Part shown: piece after piece, positions 17,908-27,259 of the stretch | Position numbering within the stretch: position 1 is the first letter of the stretch | How the letters are laid out: every line of letters starts with the position of its first letter | NCBI GenBank assembly: GCA_015486285.1 | Contig: WFRX01000015.1 | Coordinates: 1 to 53,802, forward strand | Origin: a bacterium | Lineage (GTDB): Bacteria > Desulfobacterota > DSWW01 | Direction of reading: 5' to 3' | DNA: 53,802 bases | Notes under the pieces: model-generated | What the model was told of the DNA's origin: nothing | The model's database searches: none | What the model saw: only the letters and a program-made list of their open reading frames with translations | Position numbers and translations under genes: made by a program

Positions 17908-19272
17908 TTACGCAGAAAGGCATCGGCCGCGGTCTTCGGGGTTCGCATGCTCCGCGGCAAAGTCGCCCCGGAGAGAATTTCGGCAACCCTCCCGCACCGT
18001 TACAGGGAGAAATCGGCCCGTCAGGCCCTCAGGGCCGCTGAAATTCACGATCTTGTTGGTCCTCGTCCTTCCCATCCACTGCCGTCCGTTTCGGCTGCTT
18101 CCTTCCACGAGCACCTCGAAGGTCTCCCCTTCCAGGGCCTTGTTCTTCTCCAGGCTGATCTCTCGCTGAACAGCCTGGAGGACGTGGAGCCTCCGGAGTT
18201 TCTCGCCCTCCGGAACGGTCTCTTCCAACCGGGCGGCCCGGGTACCGGGCCTCCGGGAGAACACGAAGGAATAGATGCTGTCGAAACGTACATGCCGGAT
18301 CGCCGCCAGGGTATCCTCGAAATCTTCCAGCCCTTCACCCGCAAAACCCACGATCATGTCCGAGGTGACAGCCACGTTCGGCACCCTGTCTCGAAGGGCG
18401 GAAATCTTCTCAAGGTACACCGACCGGGTGTATCCCCTGTTCATCGCCTCCAGAACGGAGTCGCTGCCCGACTGCAAGGGAAGATGAATGTGCTCGCACA
18501 GCGGCGGCAGGCTTCCGAAACACTCGATCAACTCGGCGGAGAGATCCTTCGGATGCGAGGTGGTGAATCGGAGCCGGCGGAGGCCCTCAAGTCCGCTCAA
18601 CGCGGCCAGCAAATCCGGAAATCCGAATCCCATGCGATCCGGGGCGCGGTAGGCATTGACGTTCTGGCCAAGCAGGGTCACTTCCTTGACCCCCCTTTCC
18701 AACAAATGCCGGGCCTCTTCAAGCAGCGAACGGCAGGGCCGGCTCCTCTCTCTGCCGCGAACAAAGGGGACTACGCAGTAGGAGCAGAAATTGTTGCAAC
18801 CCTCCATGATCGTGACATAGGCCTTCAGGCCGTTGCGGGCCGGGATGCCCGGGCACTCCAGGTCTTCCACAGAGTTCGTCATCTGGGAGACCATGGCGAA
18901 TCTCTGCCTTTTCTCTCTTGACCGCTTCACGAGCCGGCCGATCTCGGAAACGTGGTGGGGTCCGCAAACCACGTCCACATGGGGTATCCTGTCAAGAAGG
19001 CGTTCGCCTTCCTGCTGGGCAACGCATCCTGCCACGACGATGGTAAGCTCCGGCCTGCGCCTCTTCAGGGCCCGGAACCGGCCCAGGAGGCTGTAGGCCT
19101 TCTCTTCCGCTTTCCGTCGTATGCTGCAGGTATTGACGATCAGAATGTCCGCCTCCGCCGGGGAAACGACCTCTCGGCATCCGGCCCCTTTCAGCCGCTC
19201 CCCTGCCCGCAGGGAATCCTGCTCATTCATCTGACATCCGAAGGTCTCGATGTAGTAAGCCAACCCTTCCAT
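17908..19272 (-). CDS. miaB: tRNA-2-methylthio-N6-isopentenyladenosine synthase
   Basis: TFGCQMNEQDS, NTCSIR, AGCVAQ, radical SAM GCNNFCSYC, FTTSHP, C-terminal TRAM domain. Confidence 0.96.
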   Translation of the reverse strand: MEGLAYYIETFGCQMNEQDSLRAGERLKGAGCREVVSPAEADILIVNTCSIRRKAEEKAYSLLGRFRALKRRRPELTIVVAGCVAQQEGERLLDRIPHVDVVCGPHHVSEIGRLVKRSREKRQRFAMVSQMTNSVEDLECPGIPARNGLKAYVTIMEGCNNFCSYCVVPFVRGRERSRPCRSLLEEARHLLERGVKEVTLLGQNVNAYRAPDRMGFGFPDLLAALSGLEGLRRLRFTTSHPKDLSAELIECFGSLPPLCEHIHLPLQSGSDSVLEAMNRGYTRSVYLEKISALRDRVPNVAVTSDMIVGFAGEGLEDFEDTLAAIRHVRFDSIYSFVFSRRPGTRAARLEETVPEGEKLRRLHVLQAVQREISLEKNKALEGETFEVLVEGSSRNGRQWMGRTRTNKIVNFSGPEGLTGRFLPVTVREGCRNSLRGDFAAEHANPEDRGRCLSA

Positions 19273-19389
19273 CCCGAAAACACTTCCCTTCGAAGGCTCT
19301 ATTCTCTGTTGCCGGGCGGGCCGTTCAGAATCGTCCGGAGAGGCGGCGGACGATGAATGGGACCCGCCCGAGGGGTCAGGCGCGGAGGG

Positions 19390-19488
19390 CGTGCAAGAAC
19401 AAATCCCATGGCAAGGCGTACACCATACGCCGCAGTGACGCAGGCTGCGGGCGACACCGCGGATCGACGTTTATGGACGACCGGCTAG
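19390..19488. repeat. Degenerate second copy of the MITE-like repeat, inverted relative to copy 1
   Basis: Colinear blocks TGCAAG, AAATCCC, GCGTAC..TACG, TGACG and CCGCnGAT shared with the reverse complement of 3525-3630; ends in CTAG. Confidence 0.55.
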
Positions 19489-19829
19489 AGGGCTTCGATG
19501 TTCGAGACGAGCAGTTCCATCCCTTCAAGCACCTCGATGTCCTCGTGGCCGCACTCCGGACACACGAAACGATACTCTTCAACCAAAAACTCGTGGTTGC
19601 AATCCTTGCATTTTCCGCGAATGGGCACTGTCTCGATCACCAGTTCAGCACCCTCGATCACGGGGGACTCGCGGGCGACAAACCCGAAACAAAATTGCAG
19701 TTGTTCCGGGACGATGCCGCGGAGCTGGCCTGCCCGAATATGGATCCGGAGGACTTTATCGACGCTGTTCCGCTCGGCCGTTCTCAAGACGATATCGAAG
19801 ATGTTCTGGGCCAGCCCCATTTCATGCAT
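19485..19829 (-). CDS. hypA: Hydrogenase maturation nickel metallochaperone HypA
   Basis: N-terminal MHE, CKDC and CPEC zinc sites. Confidence 0.95.
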   Translation of the reverse strand: MHEMGLAQNIFDIVLRTAERNSVDKVLRIHIRAGQLRGIVPEQLQFCFGFVARESPVIEGAELVIETVPIRGKCKDCNHEFLVEEYRFVCPECGHEDIEVLEGMELLVSNIEAL

Positions 19830-19884
19830 AAATTTCTCCGGACACACTCTCCCGGGTGGTTTCGAGACAAACGGATCCTCTGCG

Positions 19885-20535
19885 CTATCCCTTCATCCTC
19901 TTCCGCAGCCAATCCGTCCATTCATCCAGCCCCTCGCCGGTCCTGCAGGAGATGGAGAAAAACTCCAGCTGCGGATTGATCTGCAGGGCGTTCCTCCGTG
20001 CCTCTTCGAGAGAGAAGTCCAGGTGGGGCAACAGGTCGATCTTGCTGAGGATACAAACCGCGGCTTCGCGGAACATCAAGGGGTACTTCAAGGGCTTGTC
20101 CTCGCCTTCCGTCACACTCAAAATCACCACCTTCGCGTGTTCTCCGACGCGGAATTCCGCCGGACATACAAGATTGCCTACATTTTCGATCACCAGGAGC
20201 CGCACACCGCTCAGGTCCAGATCCTCGACAGCGTCATGAATCATCTTCCCGTCCAGGTGGCAGGCATTTCCCGTGCTGATCTGCACAATCTGACAGCCGA
20301 AACGCTCGAGCCGCTCCGCGTCCTTGGTGGTCTGCATGTCGCCTTCGATGATCGCGACCTCCGAGGGATCCAGCCGTTCCAGCGTTTTTTCCAGCAGAGT
20401 GGTCTTGCCCGAGCCGGGTGAACTCATCATGTTCACGGAAAAACAGTGATTGGCCTCGAAGGTCTCCCTGTTCTGGGCGGCATAGGATTCGTTGATCTCG
20501 AGAATGTTGTTCAACACCTGAATCTTGATGGACAT
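19885..20535 (-). CDS. hypB: Hydrogenase nickel-insertion GTPase HypB
   Basis: SSPGSGKTTLLE, CHLD, ENVGNLVCPAEF, EGEDKPLKYP; start trimmed to MSIKIQ. Confidence 0.95.
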   Translation of the reverse strand: MSIKIQVLNNILEINESYAAQNRETFEANHCFSVNMMSSPGSGKTTLLEKTLERLDPSEVAIIEGDMQTTKDAERLERFGCQIVQISTGNACHLDGKMIHDAVEDLDLSGVRLLVIENVGNLVCPAEFRVGEHAKVVILSVTEGEDKPLKYPLMFREAAVCILSKIDLLPHLDFSLEEARRNALQINPQLEFFSISCRTGEGLDEWTDWLRKRMKG

Positions 20536-20622
20536 GGCCGGATCCTTTCCAGGGGTAATGGGTATGCAGGGACAACAGGGCCGTGGAGTCCGCATGGGGA
20601 AACAAAGCAGGCCCCAACACCC

Positions 20623-21831
20623 TCAGGAATCCAGATTGAGCAGATGACCCATTTTTTCCTGTTTTGTCCTGAGGTAGTCGATATTCTTCCGGTTGGCCTC
20701 GATGATAATGGGGACCCTTTCGACAACCTCCAGACCGTAACCCTGCAACCCGATAATCTTCTTCGGGTTGTTGGTCATCATCCTGAGTTTCCGAATGCCG
20801 AGATGCGCCAGGATCTGAGCCCCGATACCGTAGTCCCGAAGATCGGGCAACAGGCCGAGGGCCTCGTTCGCCTCCACGGTGTCCTTGCCCTTCTCCTGCA
20901 GTGCATAAGCCTTGATCTTGTTCGCCAGGCCGATCCCCCGGCCTTCCTGGTGCATATAGATCAGGGCCCCCTTCCCTTCCTCGCCGATCATCTCCATGGC
21001 CCGGATAAGCTGGGCCCCGCAGTCGCAACGGAGGGAATGAAACACATCGCCCGTAAGGCATTCCGAATGCACCCGCACGAGAACGCTTTCCTCAGGATCA
21101 ATCTCGCCTTTCACCATGGCCAGGTGCTCGGTCTTGTCCAATACGCTCCGGTACACGAGGGCACGAAATTCGCCGCCGAAGGGTGAGGGAATCACCGCCT
21201 CAGCCACCTTTTCGACAAGGGATTCCTTCTGGAGCCGGTAGGCTACCAGGTCTTTGATGGCAACAATCTTCATATTGTGCTTCTCGGCGATCTCCTCCAG
21301 GTCCGGCATCCGGGCCATGGTTCCGTCGTCTTTCATGATCTCACAGATCACCGCCGCCGGCTTCAGTCCCGCCAGTCGCGCAAGATCCACCGAGCCCTCC
21401 GTCTGCCCGGTCCGGACGAGAACGCCGCCCGGCTTCGCCCGGAGCGGGAAGATGTGTCCGGGCCGAACGAAATCATCCGGCTTCGCGTTGTCGTCCGTGG
21501 CAAGCCGGATCGTGTGCGCACGGTCGTAAGCGGAGATGCCCGTTGTGATCCCATGCCGCGCATCGATGGAAACGGTGAAGGCGGTCTCGAACCGGGATGT
21601 ATTCTTCTCGACCATCATCGGAAAATCGAGTCGTTGGAGTCTCTCGTCCGTCATACTGAGACACACCAGCCCTCTGCCGTGCTTGGCCATGAAATTGATC
21701 TTCTCGGGGGTTACGTGCTCGGCGGCAAAACACAAATCTCCTTCATTCTCGCGGTCCTCATCGTCCACGAGAATCAACATCCTTCCCTTGCGAATGTCTT
21801 CGATCGCCTCCCTCACCGTAGCGAGCGGCAT
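20623..21831 (-). CDS. ribBA: Bifunctional DHBP synthase / GTP cyclohydrolase II
   Basis: DDEDRENEGD, RPGHIFPL, RVHSECLTGD..RCDCG, QEGRGIGL, MTNNP. Confidence 0.97.
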   Translation of the reverse strand: MPLATVREAIEDIRKGRMLILVDDEDRENEGDLCFAAEHVTPEKINFMAKHGRGLVCLSMTDERLQRLDFPMMVEKNTSRFETAFTVSIDARHGITTGISAYDRAHTIRLATDDNAKPDDFVRPGHIFPLRAKPGGVLVRTGQTEGSVDLARLAGLKPAAVICEIMKDDGTMARMPDLEEIAEKHNMKIVAIKDLVAYRLQKESLVEKVAEAVIPSPFGGEFRALVYRSVLDKTEHLAMVKGEIDPEESVLVRVHSECLTGDVFHSLRCDCGAQLIRAMEMIGEEGKGALIYMHQEGRGIGLANKIKAYALQEKGKDTVEANEALGLLPDLRDYGIGAQILAHLGIRKLRMMTNNPKKIIGLQGYGLEVVERVPIIIEANRKNIDYLRTKQEKMGHLLNLDS

Positions 21832-21863
21832 GGAAAATCTCCTTATGAAAAGGTGTACACAAA

Positions 21864-21892
21864 ATAGTAAAGAAACGGCCCGGGTACGTCAA
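21864..21892 (-). promoter_or_regulatory. Sigma70 promoter of ribBA
   Basis: TTGACG-N17-TACTAT, 32 nt upstream of the ATG. Confidence 0.55.
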
Positions 21893-22046
21893 GAAGCCCG
21901 CCCGCCTCGACTTCCTTGGCGATGTTTCCGGAGGCAGCGCGGGGCGAGCGGCTGCGCCTTCCACATGACGCAAATCAAATTCTATGCTAGAGTGAAGACG
22001 AAGGCCCTTCGAAAACAAGGCATCCAGGCATACGAGGATCGAAACC

Positions 22047-23390
22047 GTGAAACCGGAGACATCGGGAACCGTTGAAATCGAATCGCTGGCGTACCGTGGA
22101 GAGGGTATCGGCCATATCCAGAACAAGGTCGTTTTCGTGCCCCTTACCGCTCCGGGCGACAGAGTGGATCTGACCATCTCGGAGAGCAGGAAAAACTACC
22201 TTCGCGGAAGCGTCCACGAGTTCAAACAAAGGTCCAAACACCGCGTTGTGCCCCTCTGCGACTACTTCGGGGAGTGCGGAGGCTGTCACTGGCAACATTT
22301 GAGCTACGAGTACGAATTGGAGGCCAAGCAGAAAATCCTGCAGGACACCCTGGCCCGCATTGGGAAGATCGGTCCGGACGCTTACGAATGCCCTCTTCCC
22401 ATCCCCTCGCCCAAGCCCTATGGATACCGCTGCCGGCTCCGTCTCCAGGGGCTCATGCAACGTACCAACGAACTCGGATTCTACAAGGCACACTCCAAGG
22501 ACATCATCCCCATCGACCGATGCGAACTTGCCTGCGAATTCGTTAACGAAACCGCCAAGCGCCTCCATACCTTCCTGAACGCCCACGACTACGTGTTGCC
22601 CTTTACCGAGGTACAGATTTTCGCCAGCCCCGGCCAGGAAGAGGCCGCCCTTTCCTTCTCGTGCCCTCAGAGGCTGGATCAAGACTTGATCAATGATTTT
22701 CTGAAGGCTTTGAAGTCCTACATTCCGAAGGTGTACGGCGTGGCGTTCGAGACGGTGGTCGACGGCGAGGCCCGGATCGAGCGCTTCGGAAAGTGCGCCC
22801 TGGATTTCGAGTATTCCTTCTCCACCCCGAGAAAAGAAGAGCCGGTCTCTGTGCGATTCCGAACGCAGATCAACTCTTTCAGCCAGGTCAACCCGGAGCA
22901 GAATCGGAACCTGCTCAGAACCGTCTATGACTGGGCCGCCCCCTCGGAAAATATGATCGTCCTGGATCTCTTTTGCGGGACGGGCAATTTGAGCCTTCCC
23001 ATGGCCCGTGATGTCAAGAAGGTCATCGGCATCGAAAACAGCGCTTTTGCCATCGAAGACGCCCGCTACAACGCGGAACGCAACGGATTCAACAACTGCG
23101 ATTTCCGCCTTGCCAGCGTCTACGGGGGCATGAATCAACTGAGGGACGAAGGGCCGGTGGACCTGCTTATCGTGGACCCCCCCCGCAAAGGGGCAAAGGA
23201 GTGTATCGGCGACATGGTGGCCCTGCGCCCGTCGAAGATTCTTTATGTATCATGCGATCCGACCACCCTGGCACGAGATCTTGTGCTCCTCTCGTACTCG
23301 CGGTACACACTGAACAGGGTCCAGCTTCTTGACATGTTCCCACAGACCTACCACGTCGAGTGCGTCGCCGAAATCATCCCGGAAGGTTAA
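22047..23390 (+). CDS. rlmD: 23S rRNA m5U1939 methyltransferase (RlmD/TrmA family)
   Basis: TRAM domain, C-x5-CGGC Fe-S motif, FSQVN, DLFCGTG, DPPRKG, YVSCDP, DMFPQTYHVE. Confidence 0.9.
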   Translation: MKPETSGTVEIESLAYRGEGIGHIQNKVVFVPLTAPGDRVDLTISESRKNYLRGSVHEFKQRSKHRVVPLCDYFGECGGCHWQHLSYEYELEAKQKILQDTLARIGKIGPDAYECPLPIPSPKPYGYRCRLRLQGLMQRTNELGFYKAHSKDIIPIDRCELACEFVNETAKRLHTFLNAHDYVLPFTEVQIFASPGQEEAALSFSCPQRLDQDLINDFLKALKSYIPKVYGVAFETVVDGEARIERFGKCALDFEYSFSTPRKEEPVSVRFRTQINSFSQVNPEQNRNLLRTVYDWAAPSENMIVLDLFCGTGNLSLPMARDVKKVIGIENSAFAIEDARYNAERNGFNNCDFRLASVYGGMNQLRDEGPVDLLIVDPPRKGAKECIGDMVALRPSKILYVSCDPTTLARDLVLLSYSRYTLNRVQLLDMFPQTYHVECVAEIIPEG

Positions 23391-23401
23391 GCCGAACCTG
23401 C

Positions 23402-23695
23402 TTAGGCCCTTCCCTGCGCGCGCTTCGAAGCCTTCAGGGGATTGAGCTTCTTCGCAGGGCCTGCCTTCTCTTCCCGGCCGTTCCCATGTGTCGACATGTT
23501 ACAGGGCCCCGGGCTCCATTTCATGGCGGGTTCGGCATAGATACGGCAATACTTGCCGTTCTCGAAACTCTCGATGTTGCCGCAATCCTGACAGTCTTCC
23601 ACAACAGGGTGGCATCCGCCGCCGTTGTAAGCGCATCCGCTCTTCTTCATGAAGACGCATGCCTTGCCAGGCTTGATCGTGCTGCATGTGTTCAT
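23402..23695 (-). CDS. PxxKW-family cysteine-rich protein
   Basis: Multiple Cys, PAMKW motif, C-terminal KKLNPLKASKR; AGGAGG RBS. Confidence 0.85.
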   Translation of the reverse strand: MNTCSTIKPGKACVFMKKSGCAYNGGGCHPVVEDCQDCGNIESFENGKYCRIYAEPAMKWSPGPCNMSTHGNGREEKAGPAKKLNPLKASKRAQGRA

Positions 23696-23789
23696 TGTCA
23701 GGTCCCTCCTCTTGCTGGATGGTTGGTGGGTTGGATTCGATAAAACGCTCCCAACAGATAATCAAACACGAGAAAAATGTGAATTTTCT

Positions 23790-23818
23790 AATATATTATA
23801 AAATGAAAAAAAAGTCAA
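23790..23818 (-). promoter_or_regulatory. Sigma70 promoter of the PxxKW gene
   Basis: TTGACT-N17-TATATT in an AT-rich intergenic stretch. Confidence 0.5.
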
Positions 23819-23884
23819 CGGCCGGGACTTAGTATGTAGCAGCAGCGCGAAGATGAGCGAACGGGGGACTCCAGATGGGCGATT

Positions 23885-24589
23885 TCAGCCGTCACCCAGG
23901 AAGCGCATAACCTCGACGACATCGTCCCAAACCTGTCGCCGGATTTCCGGCGTATAGTTACGAAGCACGTAGGCCGGATGATAGGTCGGCATCAAGGGGA
24001 TCCCTTCGAAGGCATGCCACCTTCCCCGCAGCCGATGCATGGCTCCCTCCGCTTCCGCCAACGCACGGACGGCGGGCAGCCCGAGGGTAACGATTGCTCT
24101 CGGCCGGATAGCCGCAATCTGCATCTTGAGAAAGGGCAGGCACGCCTGCACCTCTTCTTCCCGGGGGGTCCGATTCAAAGGGGGGCGACATTTGAGGATA
24201 TTTCCGATGTAAACGTCGGTCCGTGAAATCTTCATTCCCCTTTCGATGATCCGGGTCAAGAGTGAACCCGCCTTTCCCACAAAAGGCCGGCCTGTGCGAT
24301 CCTCCTCACTTCCAGGGGCCTCCCCAACAAACAGCACATCCGCATCGGGCCTGCCTTCCCCGAAAACGATCGTGCGCCGTGTCCTGGAGAGCGGACAGCG
24401 CGTACACTCACCCAGTTTCTCGCGAATCGACTTCAACCGCTCCTCCGGGTCGACAGCCCTCCGGGCGGCCGCACCATCTTCCCAGCGCGGCCCTGCCTCT
24501 GTACTTCGCGGCACGTCTATCTCATGCACGCCGCTTTCGATCAAGTACTCGAGAAATCCTCTCAGGCCTCTCAGGCCCATCTCGTCCAT
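23885..24589 (-). CDS. Family 4 (Fe-S) uracil-DNA glycosylase
   Basis: CTRCPL, VGEAPG, PFVGKAG, NILKCRPP, TYHPAY; start trimmed to MDEMG. Confidence 0.92.
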   Translation of the reverse strand: MDEMGLRGLRGFLEYLIESGVHEIDVPRSTEAGPRWEDGAAARRAVDPEERLKSIREKLGECTRCPLSRTRRTIVFGEGRPDADVLFVGEAPGSEEDRTGRPFVGKAGSLLTRIIERGMKISRTDVYIGNILKCRPPLNRTPREEEVQACLPFLKMQIAAIRPRAIVTLGLPAVRALAEAEGAMHRLRGRWHAFEGIPLMPTYHPAYVLRNYTPEIRRQVWDDVVEVMRFLGDG

Positions 24590-24901
24590 TTCAATGCTTC
24601 CTCCCTGTCCCTTCCCGTTCCGTCCCGGCGATGAGCGCCCCACTCGCTGATCGTGCAAGTTTGCCACGTCCGAGCCGTCAAAAAAAGTCCTTTCCCTTGC
24701 AATCACCGAGGAACCGCCAATCCGCCGGCAGGATGGACATGGGCCACATCCGGGTAATGACCCGTGCCGGGATGTATGCTAAGGTGTTGTTGTTTCACAA
24801 AGGCCTACGCCCCACCCATCGACCCGGGATCGGGGCCAATATCGTGTATGCATGACGGGTTTATCTTTATTGTAATTCCGGCTAGTTAGGAGAAACTCTT
24901 C

Positions 24902-26641
24902 ATGAATAACATTAGAGTTGCCCTTGCCCAGGTAAACCCGACCGTCGGCGACCTGAAGGGCAATGCCGGCCTGGTGCGGAAATTCATCCGGAAGGCCAAG
25001 CGAGCAAAGGCGGATCTGGTCGCCTTTCCTGAACTCGTCTTGACCGGCTACCCCCCCGAGGACCTCCTTCTGAAGGCGGCTTTCACGGAAGCAAACCTGA
25101 GGGCTCTCAAGCAAATCGTCCCGGAAACAAAGGGCATCACCGCAGTCGTCGGGTTCGTCGACAGACAGGACGATCTGTACAATGCGGTCGCTGTGCTGCA
25201 CGACGGAAAATGGGTGGGAACCTACCACAAGCACTACCTGCCGAACTATGGGGTCTTCGACGAATACCGGTACTTTCAGAAGGGAGAGCGCATCCTGGTC
25301 TGCGCCCGTTCCGGTGTGCGCCTCGGCGTATCGGTCTGCGAGGACATCTGGCTGCCCACGGGGCCTCTCGCCTTGCAGACCGTTCACGGGGACGTAGACC
25401 TGGCAATCAACATTTCCGCCTCCCCCTACTCCCTGGGCAAGCGCACGGAAAGAGATCAAATGCTCTCCACACGGGCAAGGGACCATACGGTGGCCATTGC
25501 CTATGTGAACCTGGTCGGAGGCCAGGACGAGTTGATCTTCGACGGGAACAGCCTCCTGGTGGACGAAAAGGGCGTCGTCCTGGCGCGGGGCAGGCCCTTT
25601 GTCGAAGACCTGGTCGTAGCGGACCTGAACGTGCGGAATATCTTCCGCTCCCGTCTCCTCGACACAAGAAGACGACTCGATAAAAGGAGTTCTTCGACTG
25701 GGTCCGATCGGATCGACACCATCACGCTTTCTCCCATGCCGCGCGAAACGGGGAAATACGCCCCGGCATCCCCCCCGCATCTCGAGGAAATGACGGACAT
25801 AGAGGAGGTCTTTCACGCCCTCGTCCTGGGCATCCGAGACTACTTCCGGAAAAACGGGTTTCAGAAAGCCGTCGTCGGACTCAGCGGGGGAATCGATTCT
25901 TCGTTGACCGCGGCGCTGGCTGCCGAAGCGCTCGGCAGCAGCAATGTCCACGGGATATTCATGCCCAGTCGGTTTTCCTCGAATCAGAGCCGGGAGGATG
26001 CAGAGGCCCTTGCAAGAAACCTCGAGATCCGTTTTCAGATCCTGCCGATCGAAGCGATCTACGAGGCGTACCTGAAAACGTTGCGGCCTGCCTTCCAGGA
26101 TCGACCGCCCGACGTCACGGAAGAGAATCTTCAGGCCCGCATCCGGGGCAACCTGTTGATGGCCCTGTCGAACAAATACGGCTGGCTCGTTCTCACCACG
26201 GGAAACAAGAGCGAGACTTCGGTAGGATATTGCACGTTGTACGGGGATACCGCCGGTGGCCTGGCCGTGCTGAAAGACGTCCCCAAGGTCATGGTTTACG
26301 CCCTTTCCCATCACCTGAACAAGGTACAAGGCGGTGCAATCATTCCTCAATCCGTGCTGGAGAAGGCCCCGACAGCGGAACTGAGGCCCAACCAGCTGGA
26401 TTCCGACAGCCTTCCCCCTTACGAACAACTCGATCCGATTCTGCACGCCTATGTGGAAGAGGACCTCAGCCTGGAAGAAATCGTCCATCTCGGATATGGG
26501 AAAAAACAAGTCCGGGAAGTCCTGCGCATGGTCGACAGAAACGAGTACAAGCGTCGCCAGGCCCCCCCCGGCCTGAAGATCACGTCCAAGGCCTTCGGGA
26601 GGGACCGGCGCCTTCCCATCACCAACAGGTACAACACATGA
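24902..26641 (+). CDS. nadE: Glutamine-dependent NAD+ synthetase
   Basis: Nitrilase domain (FPEL, KHYLPNYGVFDE, VCEDIW) plus GLSGGIDS, ENLQARIRG, TTGNKSE, PTAELRPNQ. Confidence 0.97.
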   Translation: MNNIRVALAQVNPTVGDLKGNAGLVRKFIRKAKRAKADLVAFPELVLTGYPPEDLLLKAAFTEANLRALKQIVPETKGITAVVGFVDRQDDLYNAVAVLHDGKWVGTYHKHYLPNYGVFDEYRYFQKGERILVCARSGVRLGVSVCEDIWLPTGPLALQTVHGDVDLAINISASPYSLGKRTERDQMLSTRARDHTVAIAYVNLVGGQDELIFDGNSLLVDEKGVVLARGRPFVEDLVVADLNVRNIFRSRLLDTRRRLDKRSSSTGSDRIDTITLSPMPRETGKYAPASPPHLEEMTDIEEVFHALVLGIRDYFRKNGFQKAVVGLSGGIDSSLTAALAAEALGSSNVHGIFMPSRFSSNQSREDAEALARNLEIRFQILPIEAIYEAYLKTLRPAFQDRPPDVTEENLQARIRGNLLMALSNKYGWLVLTTGNKSETSVGYCTLYGDTAGGLAVLKDVPKVMVYALSHHLNKVQGGAIIPQSVLEKAPTAELRPNQLDSDSLPPYEQLDPILHAYVEEDLSLEEIVHLGYGKKQVREVLRMVDRNEYKRRQAPPGLKITSKAFGRDRRLPITNRYNT

Positions 26642-26708
26642 GGGGCCGGCGGCACGCGGATTTTCGCAACGGAACAGCCCGAGGATTCAAGGGGCGGGGG
26701 AGCATCGA

Positions 26709-27068
26709 TCATGTGGCGACGGCATCGCCCCGGGTCCGCAGATAGGACTCGAGCATCTGCCGGCTCGACGGCTCCAGGGCAGAGAAGCGGATACCCATCC
26801 CGGCGACCGAAGACTTCTTTGTCGGGCCGACATGCAGGGTATGAACCACCATGCCGGAAGCGGTAATCGGAGCCCTCATCTCCGGCAGACGGAATTCCAC
26901 TTTGAGCTTCGTGTTCATCGGAAGGGGCTTCTCCGTCTCGATAAAGATGCCGCCCAGGGAAAGATTGCGGATGTAGTCTTGAAAAAAGCCGTCGGCCGTC
27001 TTGTAACGTATCTGAATCTGAACTGGAACGCGGCGCGCCCGCCGCCTCTCGCAACCCGCCTTCGTCAT
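26709..27068 (-). CDS. Stand-alone PilZ domain protein (c-di-GMP receptor-like)
   Basis: ERRRARR (RxxxR), NLSLGG (D/NxSxxG), GMGIRF; start trimmed to MTKAG after AAGGAGG. Confidence 0.88.
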   Translation of the reverse strand: MTKAGCERRRARRVPVQIQIRYKTADGFFQDYIRNLSLGGIFIETEKPLPMNTKLKVEFRLPEMRAPITASGMVVHTLHVGPTKKSSVAGMGIRFSALEPSSRQMLESYLRTRGDAVAT

Positions 27069-27173
27069 CCTGGGGCCCTCCTTTGATCTTATAGATAGAA
27101 TGCTGGGAAGAAGAGGGAAAGTCAAGATTTCCTGATCCGACGGATTTCGCTGAAACGGGAGGCGGAGGGCAGG

Positions 27174-27214
27174 TGGACCGGTTGCGGGCAATTGGTTACA
27201 ATGAGACCGCAACC
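27174..27214 (+). promoter_or_regulatory. Possible sigma70 promoter with an overlapping inverted repeat upstream of the aminotransferase
   Basis: TGGACC-N17-TACAAT; GGTTGCGG (27180) and CCGCAACC (27207) flank the -10 element. Confidence 0.35.
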
Positions 27215-27259
27215 GCAATGCGAATCTCGGATCGTGCAAAAAGCAAGAGAGGAAGAGGA

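Noticed and set aside
21832-21900. FMN riboswitch upstream of ribBA
   Set aside because: The predicted promoter leaves a leader of only about 25 nt and no RFN motifs are visible.
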